64,000 nucleotides of DNA from contig CAWFLN010000008.1 of assembly GCA_963816755.1 (NCBI GenBank), positions 325,855 to 389,854 on the forward strand, in the 5' to 3' direction. This document shows positions 48,565 to 58,580 of this stretch, in pieces. The first letter of the stretch is position 1. Each line of letters starts with the position of its first letter. This DNA comes from an uncultured Solirubrobacterales bacterium. Lineage in GTDB: Bacteria > Actinomycetota > Thermoleophilia > Solirubrobacterales > 70-9. The position numbers and the translations under genes are program-made. The notes beneath the pieces were generated by a model, which was not told the DNA's origin, made no database searches, and worked only from the letters and a program-made list of their open reading frames with translations.

Positions 48565-50250
48565 TCAGGCTACCGGCTGGCGCCCGCGGGCAGGCCGCTC
48601 GCCGCGGCCGCTGCGATGGGCGATCGCCTCGCGAATGTCGCGCATCGGCCGGGCGCTGCGGACATCGGGCAGCACGTCGAAGTTGTGGGGCTCGGGCGGC
48701 GACAGCGCGAACCACTCGAGCGACTCGCCGTGCCACGGGTCGTGACCGGCCGCAGGGCCGCCCTCGCGGCTGAGGATTGCGTTGACGATGGTCATCACGA
48801 TCCCGGCGGCGAGGACGAAGGTGCCGATCGTGGCGATCAGGTTGTACGCGTCGACGCCGGTGCCGGCGAAGAACTTGTAGGCGTCGATCACCTGGCCCTG
48901 CTCGGCGCCGGCGAGGAAAAGGGGCACGAAGGCGACGAGGATTCCGATCGCCATCGTCCAGAAGGAGAGGCGGGCCAGGTTCTCGCCCATCGTCCGCCCG
49001 GTCATCTTCGGGAACCAGTAGTGCAGCGCGGCAAAGCCGCCGAAGACGGCACCGCCGATCAGCGCGAAGTGGGTGGCGGCGGTGGCGTCGGTGGTGTTCT
49101 TGAGATCCCAGGCGGCGCCGACCATCGACTGCTCGATCTCGGCTCCGAGGCCGACCGAGATCGCCGAGATCGCGCCGATCGCGAACAGCAGCGGCGCCCG
49201 CATCCGCAGCGCTCCGCCGATCATGGTCGCGATCAGGTTGAAGACGACCAGGCCGAAGGGCACGATCAGCGCCAGCGACATCAGCATCGCGAAGTACATC
49301 CAGCCGATCCCGATCGGCGCGGTCATCATGTTCTGCATCCAGGCCAGGGTGCCGAGCACGGCGATCGCGGCCAGCGACCCCATCACGACGCCGCGGTTGA
49401 AGAGCGGCTTGGCGGAGAAGGCTGTGACGATTTCGGCGATCGCGCCGAGCGCGAAGATCAGGATCAGCATGTAGGCGCCGGAGAAGAAGATCCAGCTCAG
49501 GTGCTGCCAGAGCAGCGGTGCGCCGCCGGACCCGTCGGCGAAGAAGACGCCGTCGTAATTGCGGTCGATCATCAGCATCGTCAGCGCCGCCAGCAGCACC
49601 GGCCCGATCACCAGCATCAGCCAGCAGCCGACCGTGGCCGCCCAGGCGAAGACGGGCAGCCGCCGCCAGGCCATGCCGGGAGCGCGCATGTTGCGCAGCG
49701 TCGTCAGCAGGTCGATCGCCAGGAAGACGAAGCCGAGGGTTGCCAGGCCGGTGGCGGTGGCCCAGGCATCGACCCCGTTGTTGGAGAGGAAGGCCAGCTC
49801 GCTGAGTGGCGCCAGCGGATTGACACCCGCCTCGGAGGGCGTGAACAGGAAGCCGGCGTAGAGCACCGTGGCGCCGGCCGCGAAGAGGGCCATGCCGAGC
49901 TGCCCGAGGCGCGGCAGGGCGGTGCCGCGAGCGCCGACCTGCAGCGGCGCCACGTAATAGAAGAAGCCGAGCACGAGCGGGATCGCGAAGAAGAAGATGG
50001 CGGTCGCGCCGTAGGTGGAGAGCATCCGGTTGAAGCCCACCGGGGAGAGGAAGCTGTTCTCCGGCACCGCCAGCTGCAGCCGCATCAGCAGCAGCTCGAC
50101 CGCGGCGAGGAAGAGGAAGCCGAGCGAGCCGCAGATCAGGATCCGGCCGATGTCCTTGTGGTCGGCGCTGGTTGCCAGCTCGATCCAGCGCGGGCGGGGC
50201 TTGCCCGGGAAGCCGTCGACGACGAGCTCGGGGCGTGGCGTCTCGCTCAT
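48565..50250 (-). CDS. Heme-copper oxidase subunit I paralogue lacking 5 of 6 canonical His metal ligands
   Basis: Intact 561-aa ORF, collinear with CtaD (ADHKDIG, NMRAPGM, HYWFPK, SLEW). At the ligand positions it reads STYGATAIF (His to Tyr), WIFFSGAYML (His to Ser), AWMQNMM (His-His to Gln-Asn) and AATHFALIGG (first His to Ala). Confidence 0.85.
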   Translation of the reverse strand: MSETPRPELVVDGFPGKPRPRWIELATSADHKDIGRILICGSLGFLFLAAVELLLMRLQLAVPENSFLSPVGFNRMLSTYGATAIFFFAIPLVLGFFYYVAPLQVGARGTALPRLGQLGMALFAAGATVLYAGFLFTPSEAGVNPLAPLSELAFLSNNGVDAWATATGLATLGFVFLAIDLLTTLRNMRAPGMAWRRLPVFAWAATVGCWLMLVIGPVLLAALTMLMIDRNYDGVFFADGSGGAPLLWQHLSWIFFSGAYMLILIFALGAIAEIVTAFSAKPLFNRGVVMGSLAAIAVLGTLAWMQNMMTAPIGIGWMYFAMLMSLALIVPFGLVVFNLIATMIGGALRMRAPLLFAIGAISAISVGLGAEIEQSMVGAAWDLKNTTDATAATHFALIGGAVFGGFAALHYWFPKMTGRTMGENLARLSFWTMAIGILVAFVPLFLAGAEQGQVIDAYKFFAGTGVDAYNLIATIGTFVLAAGIVMTIVNAILSREGGPAAGHDPWHGESLEWFALSPPEPHNFDVLPDVRSARPMRDIREAIAHRSGRGERPARGRQPVA

Positions 50251-50945
50251 GGCACTTCTCCGTTTTCGATCAGCCCCACGACCCGTTCCTGGGCCGCCTC
50301 GATGTCGGCTTTCTGCTGCTTGAGGAAGGCTTCGTAGGCCGGCGGCGAGACGACGTCGACTTCGGTCCGCATCGCCGAGTAGGCCTGGCCGGAGAGGGTC
50401 GCCGCCTGGCCGTCGTACCTGCCTTCTTCGTCAGCCCGGAAGACGACGTTGCTGACCTTGCCCGGCACCGCGTCGCGCTTGGCTGCGAGGTCGGGCACGT
50501 TCCAGGTATGGACGACGTCGGTGGAGAGGAGTTCGAGGTCGACGGCGGTATTGGCCGGGACGACCAGCTTGTAGTAGGAGAAGGAGCCGTTCGGGTACTG
50601 GTAGCGCCATAGCCACTGCTGACCCGTCGCTTTGATCGTCAGCGGCGCGGTCTTGGCGGCGGCGAGCCCGGCGGAGCCGGTCGCGGGCGTCTCCTGGGCC
50701 TTGTCGGTGAAGACGATGCTGAGCACGAAGATCGCCGCGGCGAAGGCGGTGAGGACGGCGCCGACCCGGAACTGGACGCGGCGACCGCCGCCGGCCTGGC
50801 TTGGCTGGGCGCCGCGCTCGGCGCGATTTCGGCGTACGGCGTAGATCAGTGCGACGTTGATCGCGACCACGACTATCGCCGCGGCGACGAAGCCGATCCA
50901 AAGCAGAGTGTCGATCTGGTCAGTGCCAGGGGAGTGCGGCGCCAA
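50247..50945 (-). CDS. Heme-copper oxidase subunit II paralogue without CuA ligands
   Basis: Intact ORF 50247..50945 overlaps the subunit I-like start (ATGA). It has two TM helices plus a cupredoxin-like domain (QQWLWRYQYPNG...DVVHTWNVPD). The CuA motif is GQAATLSGQAYSAM, versus ICTELCGFGHASM in ctaC. Confidence 0.8.
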   Translation of the reverse strand: MAPHSPGTDQIDTLLWIGFVAAAIVVVAINVALIYAVRRNRAERGAQPSQAGGGRRVQFRVGAVLTAFAAAIFVLSIVFTDKAQETPATGSAGLAAAKTAPLTIKATGQQWLWRYQYPNGSFSYYKLVVPANTAVDLELLSTDVVHTWNVPDLAAKRDAVPGKVSNVVFRADEEGRYDGQAATLSGQAYSAMRTEVDVVSPPAYEAFLKQQKADIEAAQERVVGLIENGEVP

Positions 50946-51033
50946 AGCGCGGCCATTCTAATCACGCCGGGCGGCCATCGGGCGGCGGGCCGACTCTCCC
51001 GCCCCCCGGCGCCTACCTATACTCGCCGACCCT

Positions 51034-51978
51034 ATGAAGAGGCACTCCCGGCCATCACCCGCGCTTCGACTCGCGGTGCGGACAGGTGCGGCCGGTCTTG
51101 TCGGTGCCGCAATCGCGGTCCCCTTGCTGCGTCGGCGGCTGCGGATACCGGCGCCGGCGACCGTGGCGGCTTGTGCCGGCGGGCCACTCGCCCTCGCCGT
51201 CCTCTTTCCCCGCTCCAAGAAGCGCGACGTCGCCCTCTACGCGATACAGATGTGGGCTTTCATCATGGTCCACGAGATTCCCTATGACGACCCGGAGCGA
51301 CTGCGCAGCCGTCTGCGCAGCCGCTACCCGATCGTCGCCGACCGCGCTCTGGGTGCCGGCAAGCTGCCGGGAGCCCGCCTTCAGCGCGCCCTCGCGCGGC
51401 TGCCGCGGGTCCGCCTGATCGACCGCGTCCTCACCTGGACCCACTGGCTCTGGTTCTTCGAGCCGTACCTGGCGCTGGCCTTCGTCCTGGTCCGCAACAA
51501 CGAGCGCTTCCCACGGGCCGCCCGCCGCATGGCGGCTGTCTTCGACCTCGGCTGCGTCGTCTACTTCGCGCTGCCGACGGCGCCGCCCTGGTGGGCCTCC
51601 GAGCAGGACCTGACCGGCGAGGACGTGCGCCGGATCATGGTCGAGGTCGGCGAGGACACCTGGGGCTCGGCCTGGCCGAAGATGTACGAGGCGCTTGGCG
51701 GCAACCCCTGGGCGGCGATGCCCTCGCTGCACTTCGCCACCTCGGTGGTGGCCGCGCTCTCGCTGGCTGAAGCGGGCAGGGTCGAGGGGACGATCGGCTG
51801 GAGCTACGCGCTGACGCTCGGCTTCGGGCTCGTCTACCTGGGCGAGCACTACGTCACCGATCTGGCCGCCGGAGCTCTGCTCGTGGTGGTCGTGCGGCGT
51901 GGCGAGCCGTTGGTCGAGCCCCTCGTTTCCGGGGTAAACGGAGTGCTGCAGCGCTTGGAGAGCATCGCCAGCGGGTAG
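51034..51978 (+). CDS. PAP2 superfamily membrane protein (inositol-phosphoceramide synthase/AUR1-like subgroup)
   Basis: Intact ORF 51034..51978 reads ...PPWWASE...AAMPSLHFATS...YLGEHYVTDLAAG (PAP2 C2/C3-type SxH and HxxxD motifs). Confidence 0.65.
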   Translation: MKRHSRPSPALRLAVRTGAAGLVGAAIAVPLLRRRLRIPAPATVAACAGGPLALAVLFPRSKKRDVALYAIQMWAFIMVHEIPYDDPERLRSRLRSRYPIVADRALGAGKLPGARLQRALARLPRVRLIDRVLTWTHWLWFFEPYLALAFVLVRNNERFPRAARRMAAVFDLGCVVYFALPTAPPWWASEQDLTGEDVRRIMVEVGEDTWGSAWPKMYEALGGNPWAAMPSLHFATSVVAALSLAEAGRVEGTIGWSYALTLGFGLVYLGEHYVTDLAAGALLVVVVRRGEPLVEPLVSGVNGVLQRLESIASG

Positions 51979-51988
51979 CGTCCCCGGG

Positions 51989-53149
51989 GTGTCTCTAGAG
52001 GACTCGGCGAATGGCAACGGCAACGTCGAGATGCCGCTCTTCACGACGCGGCGTTTGCTGCAGACCCTGCTCATCGTGGTGCTGCTGCTCGGCAGCATCT
52101 ACTTCCTCTTCCCGAGGCTGGTCGGCCTCGGCGACGCGCTGGGCAAGCTCGACGACGCCGACCCTGTCTGGATCGCCGTCGCGATCGGCTTCAACGTTCT
52201 TGCCTACGCCACCTACATCGCCCTCTTCAAGGCGGTGGTCGGCGGTGATGCGCTGCGACTGCGCTGGGAGGAGACCTACGAGATCAACATGGCGGGTGTC
52301 GCGGCGTCGCTGCTGTTCTCGGCCGGCGGCGCCGGTGGGATCGCACTCACCTACTGGGCGCTGCGCAAAGCCGGGATGGCGCGTCGCGACAGCGCCCGGC
52401 GGATGGTCGCCTTCATCAGCCTGCACTACGCCTTTTACCCGCTGGCGCTGATCCTCTTCGGCGTGCTGTTGCGGACCGGCGTGCTGCACGGCAAGGACTC
52501 GGTCGAGCTGACGATCATCCCGGCGGCCGTGGCTGGGCTGCTGCTGGTCTTCGGCGTCCTGATCGCGTTGATCCCGGCCGACGTCGAACGGCGCCTGGCG
52601 CCCTTCGCCCACGGTGAGCGCGCGAAAGCGTTCCTGCACGGCGCGGCGAAAATCCCGGCCACGGTGGGGGAGGGCTTCCGCTTCGCGCTCGGCCTCTTCG
52701 CCCATCCTTCGCGTGGCGGCCTTGCCGTGATCGGCGCCGCCGGTTTCTGGGCGTTCAGCATCGGCGTGCTCTGGGCCTCCTTTCACGCCTTCGGCGTCCA
52801 CGTGCCGCTGGCCGTGGTCGTCCAGGGCTTCTTCCTCGGCATGGTCGCCAACCTCTTCCCCCTGGCCCCTGCTGGAGTGGGAGCGGTCGACGCCGGCATG
52901 ATCGGCGCCTTCGTCCTCTTCGGGGTTCCCGAGACCACGGTCTTCCCGGCGATCCTGGTCTTCCGCCTGGTCGCCTTCTGGATGCCGATCCCGCCAGGGA
53001 TAGTCGCCTTCTTCCAGCTCCGCAAGACCGTCCACCGCTGGGAGACGGAGGGCTTGCCGGTCGAGCGCGGGGGGACGGCGGAATCGGACCTCGAGCTGGC
53101 CATGCAGGAGGTTGTGGGCGGGCCTGCCGAGCGGTACTATAAAAAGTAA
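51989..53149 (+). CDS. UPF0104 / lysylphosphatidylglycerol-synthase-TM-region-like (flippase-like) membrane protein
   Basis: Intact ORF 51989..53149 is polytopic and reads ...AYATYIALFKAV...EINMAGVAASLLFSAGGAGG...FPLAPAGVGAVDAGMIGAFVLFG... Confidence 0.6.
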   Translation: MSLEDSANGNGNVEMPLFTTRRLLQTLLIVVLLLGSIYFLFPRLVGLGDALGKLDDADPVWIAVAIGFNVLAYATYIALFKAVVGGDALRLRWEETYEINMAGVAASLLFSAGGAGGIALTYWALRKAGMARRDSARRMVAFISLHYAFYPLALILFGVLLRTGVLHGKDSVELTIIPAAVAGLLLVFGVLIALIPADVERRLAPFAHGERAKAFLHGAAKIPATVGEGFRFALGLFAHPSRGGLAVIGAAGFWAFSIGVLWASFHAFGVHVPLAVVVQGFFLGMVANLFPLAPAGVGAVDAGMIGAFVLFGVPETTVFPAILVFRLVAFWMPIPPGIVAFFQLRKTVHRWETEGLPVERGGTAESDLELAMQEVVGGPAERYYKK

Positions 53150-53172
53150 AGTATTAGTCTTAGAGGCGGAAT

Positions 53173-54177
53173 ATGACGGATAACAAGAAGGTCGAGAACG
53201 TAATCATCATCGGCGGCGGGCCCGCCGGCTACACGGCCGCGCTGTACACGGCGCGAGCCAATCTGGAGCCGCTCGTATTCGAGGGCTTCCAGTGGGGCGG
53301 GCAGCTGCAGAACACCACCGACGTCGAGAACTACCCGGGCTACCCCGAGGGGATCATGGGCCCGGAGATGATGAGCCAGTTCCGCGCCCAGGCCGAGCGC
53401 TTCGGGACCCGCTTCGTCAGCGACGACGTCGACCGCGTCGAGCTCTCCGACGGCGGCGTCCAGAAGGTCTTCCTCGGCGACGAGGAGCACCGCGCCAAGA
53501 CCGTGATCCTGGCGATGGGGGCGGAGCCGAAAAGGCTCGGCCTTCCCGGCGAGATGGAGCTCGGCGGCCGCGGCGTCTCCACCTGCGGCGTCTGCGACGG
53601 CGCTTTCTTCAAGGGCAATCGGGTGATCGTGATCGGCGGCGGCGACTCGGCGATGGAGGACTCGATCTTCATCTCCAAGTACGCCAGCGAGCTGACCATC
53701 GTCAACCGCCGCGACGAGTTCCGTGCCTCCAAGATCATGTTCGAGCGCGCCCGCCAGCAGGACAACATCGACCTCAAGACGCCCTTCATCCCGGAGGAGT
53801 TCGTCGCCGGCGAGGACGGCAAGCTGGCGAAGATCCGCCTCCGCCACGCCGAGACCGGCGAGCAGGAGGAGATCGAGGCCAGCGGCGCCTTCGTCGCGAT
53901 CGGCCACATCCCCAAGTCGGAGATCGTCCGCGACCAGGTCGACACCGACGAGGACGGCTACATCGTCACCGAGGCCGGCTCGACCCGCACCAACCTGGCC
54001 GGGGTCCTCGCCGTCGGCGACGTCGTCGACCACACCTACCGCCAGGCGGTCACCGCCGCCGGCACCGGCTGCATGGGCGCCCTCGACGCCGAGCGTTACC
54101 TGCGCGACAGCCCGCCCGCCGTCGAGGCGCACTGGATGCCCGGCGGCGAGCCGGTCGAGATCGCCCCGGCCCCGTAG
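53173..54177 (+). CDS. trxB: Thioredoxin-disulfide reductase
   Basis: Intact ORF 53173..54177 reads IIIGGGPAGYTAALY...VSTCGVCDGAFF...VIGGGDSAMED...AVGDVVDHTYRQAVTAAGTGCMGA. It is preceded by an unusually AT-rich stretch (53140-53172). Confidence 0.9.
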   Translation: MTDNKKVENVIIIGGGPAGYTAALYTARANLEPLVFEGFQWGGQLQNTTDVENYPGYPEGIMGPEMMSQFRAQAERFGTRFVSDDVDRVELSDGGVQKVFLGDEEHRAKTVILAMGAEPKRLGLPGEMELGGRGVSTCGVCDGAFFKGNRVIVIGGGDSAMEDSIFISKYASELTIVNRRDEFRASKIMFERARQQDNIDLKTPFIPEEFVAGEDGKLAKIRLRHAETGEQEEIEASGAFVAIGHIPKSEIVRDQVDTDEDGYIVTEAGSTRTNLAGVLAVGDVVDHTYRQAVTAAGTGCMGALDAERYLRDSPPAVEAHWMPGGEPVEIAPAP

Positions 54178-54180
54178 GCC

Positions 54181-54456
54181 ATGGCCGCCGAGTGCACCCA
54201 CCTCGACACGGTTGAGTTCCTCGAGCTCCCGGACCAGGTCGCCGGTTGCGAGGAGTGCCTGGCGCAGGGAATGCAGTGGGTCCACCTGCGGATGTGCCAG
54301 AGCTGTGGGCACATCGGCTGCTGCGATGACTCGATCGGCAAGCACGCAACGGCCCACAACAAAGAGACGGGCCACCCGATCATCCGCTCGGCCGAGCCAG
54401 GCGAAGACTGGAGCTGGTGCTTCGAGGATCAGTTGATGTTCCGGCTTCAGGCGTAG
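54181..54456 (+). CDS. UBP-type zinc-finger domain protein
   Basis: ORF 54181..54456 reads CTHLD...CEECLAQG.QWVHLRMCQSCGHIGCCDDSIGKHATAHNKETGHP. It starts 4 nt after trxB. Confidence 0.65.
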   Translation: MAAECTHLDTVEFLELPDQVAGCEECLAQGMQWVHLRMCQSCGHIGCCDDSIGKHATAHNKETGHPIIRSAEPGEDWSWCFEDQLMFRLQA

Positions 54457-54504
54457 TCAGCCGCGTCGCTGCTGCCGCTGCCTCGATTGCGGCTGCGATT
54501 GCGG

Positions 54505-55749
54505 TTACCCGGCCTCCCCTTTGGCGTCGGCCAGCTCGAGGTTCTGCGCTGCCGCCCGGCGCAGCAGCGGTGCTTGGGCGTAGGCGCCGCCTTTCTCGCG
54601 CTCCAGCCTCTCCAGCAGCTCGACCGCCTGGGAGGCGCCGATCAGCTCGGCCAGGCCGAGCGGGCCGAGCGGCCAGTTGAAGCCCAGCAGCATCGCCGTG
54701 TCCATGTCCTGCGGCGAGGCGACGTTCTCTTCCAGGGCGAAGGCGGTCTCGTTGGCGAGCTGGGCGAAGAGGCGGCTGAGGATCTCGGTCGCCAGCGGAT
54801 CGATCTTCGCCAGCTCGGCAGAATCTAAGGTCGGCGCGGCAATCTCCAGCTTGGGATCCGAGGGGCGCTCGTTGCCCTCGCCGTAGGCGTAGTAGCCCTC
54901 GCCGCTCTTGCGGCCGAGCCTGCCTTCCTCGACCAGCCGTTCCTGGATCGGGCTCGGGCGCCAGCGCTCCGGCTCGCCACCCTGGGCGAAGAAGGAACGG
55001 GCGATCGTCAGGTTGACGTCGAGCCCGATCAGGTCGAGCAGTTCGAAGGGCCCCATGCGGAAGCCGCCGCCGAGCCGGACGACGCGGTCGATCGTCGTCG
55101 CGTCCGCGGTCCTGTCGGCGAGCATCCGCAGCGACTCCAGCGAGAAGGGGCGGGCGAGGCGGTTGGCGACGAAGCCGGGCGTGTCCCTGGCCCGGATCGG
55201 CGTTCGCCGCATCCGCTCGGCGACCTCGGTGGTGGTGGCGAGCGCCTGCTCGGAGGACCGCTCCGCGGCGACCACCTCGACCAGCTTCATCAGCGCCGGC
55301 GGGTTGAAGAAGTGCATCCCGACCAGGCGCTCGGGGTTCGGCACCCCGGCGGCGATCTCGGAGACGCGCAGCGAGGAGGTGTTGCTGGCGAGGACGGTCT
55401 CCGGACCGCAGACCGCGGCCACGGCGGTGAACAGCCGCTGCTTCAGCCCCACGTCCTCGGGCGCCGCCTCGATCAGCAGCTCGCAGCCGGCCAGCTCGCC
55501 GATCTCAAGCGCCGGTTTGACCCGCCCGGCGGCGGCCTCGGCTTCCGCCTCGCTCCAGCGCCCGCGGGCGGTGCCCTTGACAAGCGCCTCGCCCAGCTTC
55601 GCTGCCGCGTCCTCCGCCGCCGCGGGGAAGGCGTCGTAGAGGCGCGTCTCGAAGCCGCCCAGCGCTGCGACCTGGGCGATGCCCCGCCCCATCGTGCCGG
55701 CGCCGAGAATGCCGACGCGCTCAACTGCCGGTGGGCCTAGAGCGTCCAT
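54505..55749 (-). CDS. 3-hydroxyacyl-CoA (3-hydroxybutyryl-CoA) dehydrogenase with an extended C-terminal domain
   Basis: Intact ORF 54505..55749 reads VGILGAGTMGRGIAQV...ASNTSSL...MHFFNPP...GFVANRL...GPFELLDLIGLDV. Confidence 0.85.
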   Translation of the reverse strand: MDALGPPAVERVGILGAGTMGRGIAQVAALGGFETRLYDAFPAAAEDAAAKLGEALVKGTARGRWSEAEAEAAAGRVKPALEIGELAGCELLIEAAPEDVGLKQRLFTAVAAVCGPETVLASNTSSLRVSEIAAGVPNPERLVGMHFFNPPALMKLVEVVAAERSSEQALATTTEVAERMRRTPIRARDTPGFVANRLARPFSLESLRMLADRTADATTIDRVVRLGGGFRMGPFELLDLIGLDVNLTIARSFFAQGGEPERWRPSPIQERLVEEGRLGRKSGEGYYAYGEGNERPSDPKLEIAAPTLDSAELAKIDPLATEILSRLFAQLANETAFALEENVASPQDMDTAMLLGFNWPLGPLGLAELIGASQAVELLERLEREKGGAYAQAPLLRRAAAQNLELADAKGEAG

Positions 55750-55777
55750 ATGGCGGACGTGGCCGGCCCGTCGGCGG

Positions 55778-56552
55778 TCATTTGCCCTTGAAGTCGGGCT
55801 CGCGCTTTTCGAGGAAGGCCCGCATGCCCTCCACGCGGTCCTCGGTCGCCATCGTCAGCTCGAAGTTGCGGCGCTCGGCTTCGAGTCCGGCGGACAGGGC
55901 CGTCTCCTCGGCGGCGAGCACCGCCTGCTTGGCGAGCCGGGCGGCGATCGGCGGGCGTTCGGCGACGGTGTGGGCCAGCGCCAGCGCCTCTTCCAGGCAG
56001 TGGCCCTGCTCGGCGACTCTGTTGACCAGGCCCCACGCGTGCGCCGTGGCGGCGTCGAAACGGCGGCCGGTGAGGACGTACTCCATCGCCCGCTGCTTGC
56101 CGATCACTCGCGCCAGGCGCTGGGTGCCGCCGCCGCCGGGGATGATCCCCAGCCGGATCTCCGGCTGGCCGAAGCTGGCGGCCGCGTCGGCGACGATCAT
56201 GTCGCAGGCCAGGGCCAGCTCGCAGCCGCCGCCGAGCGCGAAGCCGGTGACCGCGGCGACCAGCGGCGTCTTGAGTCGCCGCCAGCCGGCGCCAGAAGGA
56301 GGCCGAGGGGTGGTAGAGCGCCTGCGGCAGGGTTCGCGCCGCCATTGCCCTGATGTCTGCGCCGGCGGCGAAGACCTCCTCGGAGCCGGCGATGACGACG
56401 CAGCGCACCTCGGGGTCGGGGTCGAGCCGCTCCAGCTCGGCGGCGATCCGCTCCATCATCTCCGGCGAGAGCGCGTTGCGGGCCTCGGGCCGGTTGAGGC
56501 GGAGCAGGGCGACGTGGGAGTCGTCGACCGTGGTCTCGACGATCTCGGCCAC
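55778..56552 (-). CDS. Enoyl-CoA hydratase (crotonase family; one frameshift near 56200-56290)
   Basis: The N-terminal part is in ORF 55737..56552 (VALLRLNRPEARNAL...VIAGSEEVFAAGADI). The C-terminal part is in ORF 55778..56200 (FGQPEIRLGIIPGGGGTQRL...EGMRAFLEKREPDFKGK). Confidence 0.8.
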
Positions 56553-56558
56553 CCGGCT

Positions 56559-57728
<1,170 letters not shown>

Positions 57729-57753
57729 CTGGCACCTATCTCTCTGGTAGTCG

Positions 57754-58554
57754 TCAAAGTTCTCGCAGCTCTCGTCCGAGGGTCTCGGCGAAGGCCTGTT
57801 GTGCCTCGCGGGTGCGCGGGCCCGGTGCGGTGGCAAGCTCAGTGCCGTCGATCGCGGCGACGGCCTGGATCTCCCGCGTGGTCGAGGCGAGGAAGGCCTC
57901 GCCGGCGGTGCGCAGGTCGTCGACCTGCCAGCTGCCCTCGGCGACGTCGAGAGCCTTGATCAGGCGGTCGCGGGTGATCGACTCGAGGACGCCGTCCTCG
58001 AGGGCCGGGGTGCGCAGCCCGCCGGCGGGGGAGACCCAGAAGATCGCCGAGGTCGGCGGCTCCAGGACGATTCCGTCGGGCCGCACCAGCACCGCCTCGT
58101 CGGCGCCCCGTGCTTTCGCCAGCCGGCTTGCCTGCATGTTGGCGGCGTAGGAGAGTGACTTGACCCCATTCAAGATGAGGGTTGGGGTGTAAGTGACGGT
58201 CGCCAGCGAAAGCGTCTCGCCGTGGTTTGGGATCGGCTCGGTGGCGGCGATTCGCCGACCGCCGCGAGTGACGATCAGCCGCAGCTGCCCGTCTACCTGG
58301 CCTGCCTGCTCGAGCAGGGCCGCGATCTCGGCCTCCAGCGCGGTGCGGTCGAACTCCAGCTCGATCGCGGCGGCCGAGCGGCCCAGCCGGTCGAGGTGGT
58401 CGACGAGCGCAAAGGGCTTCCCCTCGTAGAGGCGGATCACCTCGAAGGCGCCGTCGCCCCGGTAGAGGCCGTCGTCCTTCATCGGCACCACCGCCTCGGC
58501 GGTCGGGGTCACCGTACCGTCGACGCTGGCCAGCTCTGTGAACCCCGAAGTCAC
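57754..58554 (-). CDS. Class IV (fold type IV) aminotransferase family protein (IlvE/PabC/Dat-like)
   Basis: GTG 58554 is in the frame of ORF 57754..59472. The sequence is ...DDGLYRGDGAFEVIRLYEGKPFALVDHLDRL...LRLIVTRG...VKSLSYAANMQA...EAFLASTTREI. Confidence 0.7.
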   Translation of the reverse strand: MTSGFTELASVDGTVTPTAEAVVPMKDDGLYRGDGAFEVIRLYEGKPFALVDHLDRLGRSAAAIELEFDRTALEAEIAALLEQAGQVDGQLRLIVTRGGRRIAATEPIPNHGETLSLATVTYTPTLILNGVKSLSYAANMQASRLAKARGADEAVLVRPDGIVLEPPTSAIFWVSPAGGLRTPALEDGVLESITRDRLIKALDVAEGSWQVDDLRTAGEAFLASTTREIQAVAAIDGTELATAPGPRTREAQQAFAETLGRELREL

Positions 58555-58580
58555 CGTCGGCGAGGCTACCTGAGGCCCAG

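Noticed and set aside
48565-50945. Interpreting the second oxidase-like pair as a quinol oxidase (bo3-type), because subunit II lacks CuA.
   Set aside because: Quinol oxidases keep all six His ligands in subunit I, and here five are substituted. The substitutions also cannot be explained as frameshift artefacts, because the ORF is continuous and the flanking conserved motifs stay in register.
53140-53172. Short AT-rich islands (53140-53172, 60705-60766, 13137-13340), considered as signs of horizontally acquired DNA.
   Set aside because: They are confined to intergenic promoter regions of housekeeping genes (trxB, the peroxiredoxin gene, the metal ABC operon). The flanking coding DNA has the same GC-rich character as the rest of the window.
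53590-53610. The thioredoxin reductase active site reads CGVC rather than the common CATC.
   Set aside because: The CxxC spacing and all FAD and NADPH motifs are intact. Variation of the two internal residues is tolerated in this family, so this is not evidence of a new function.
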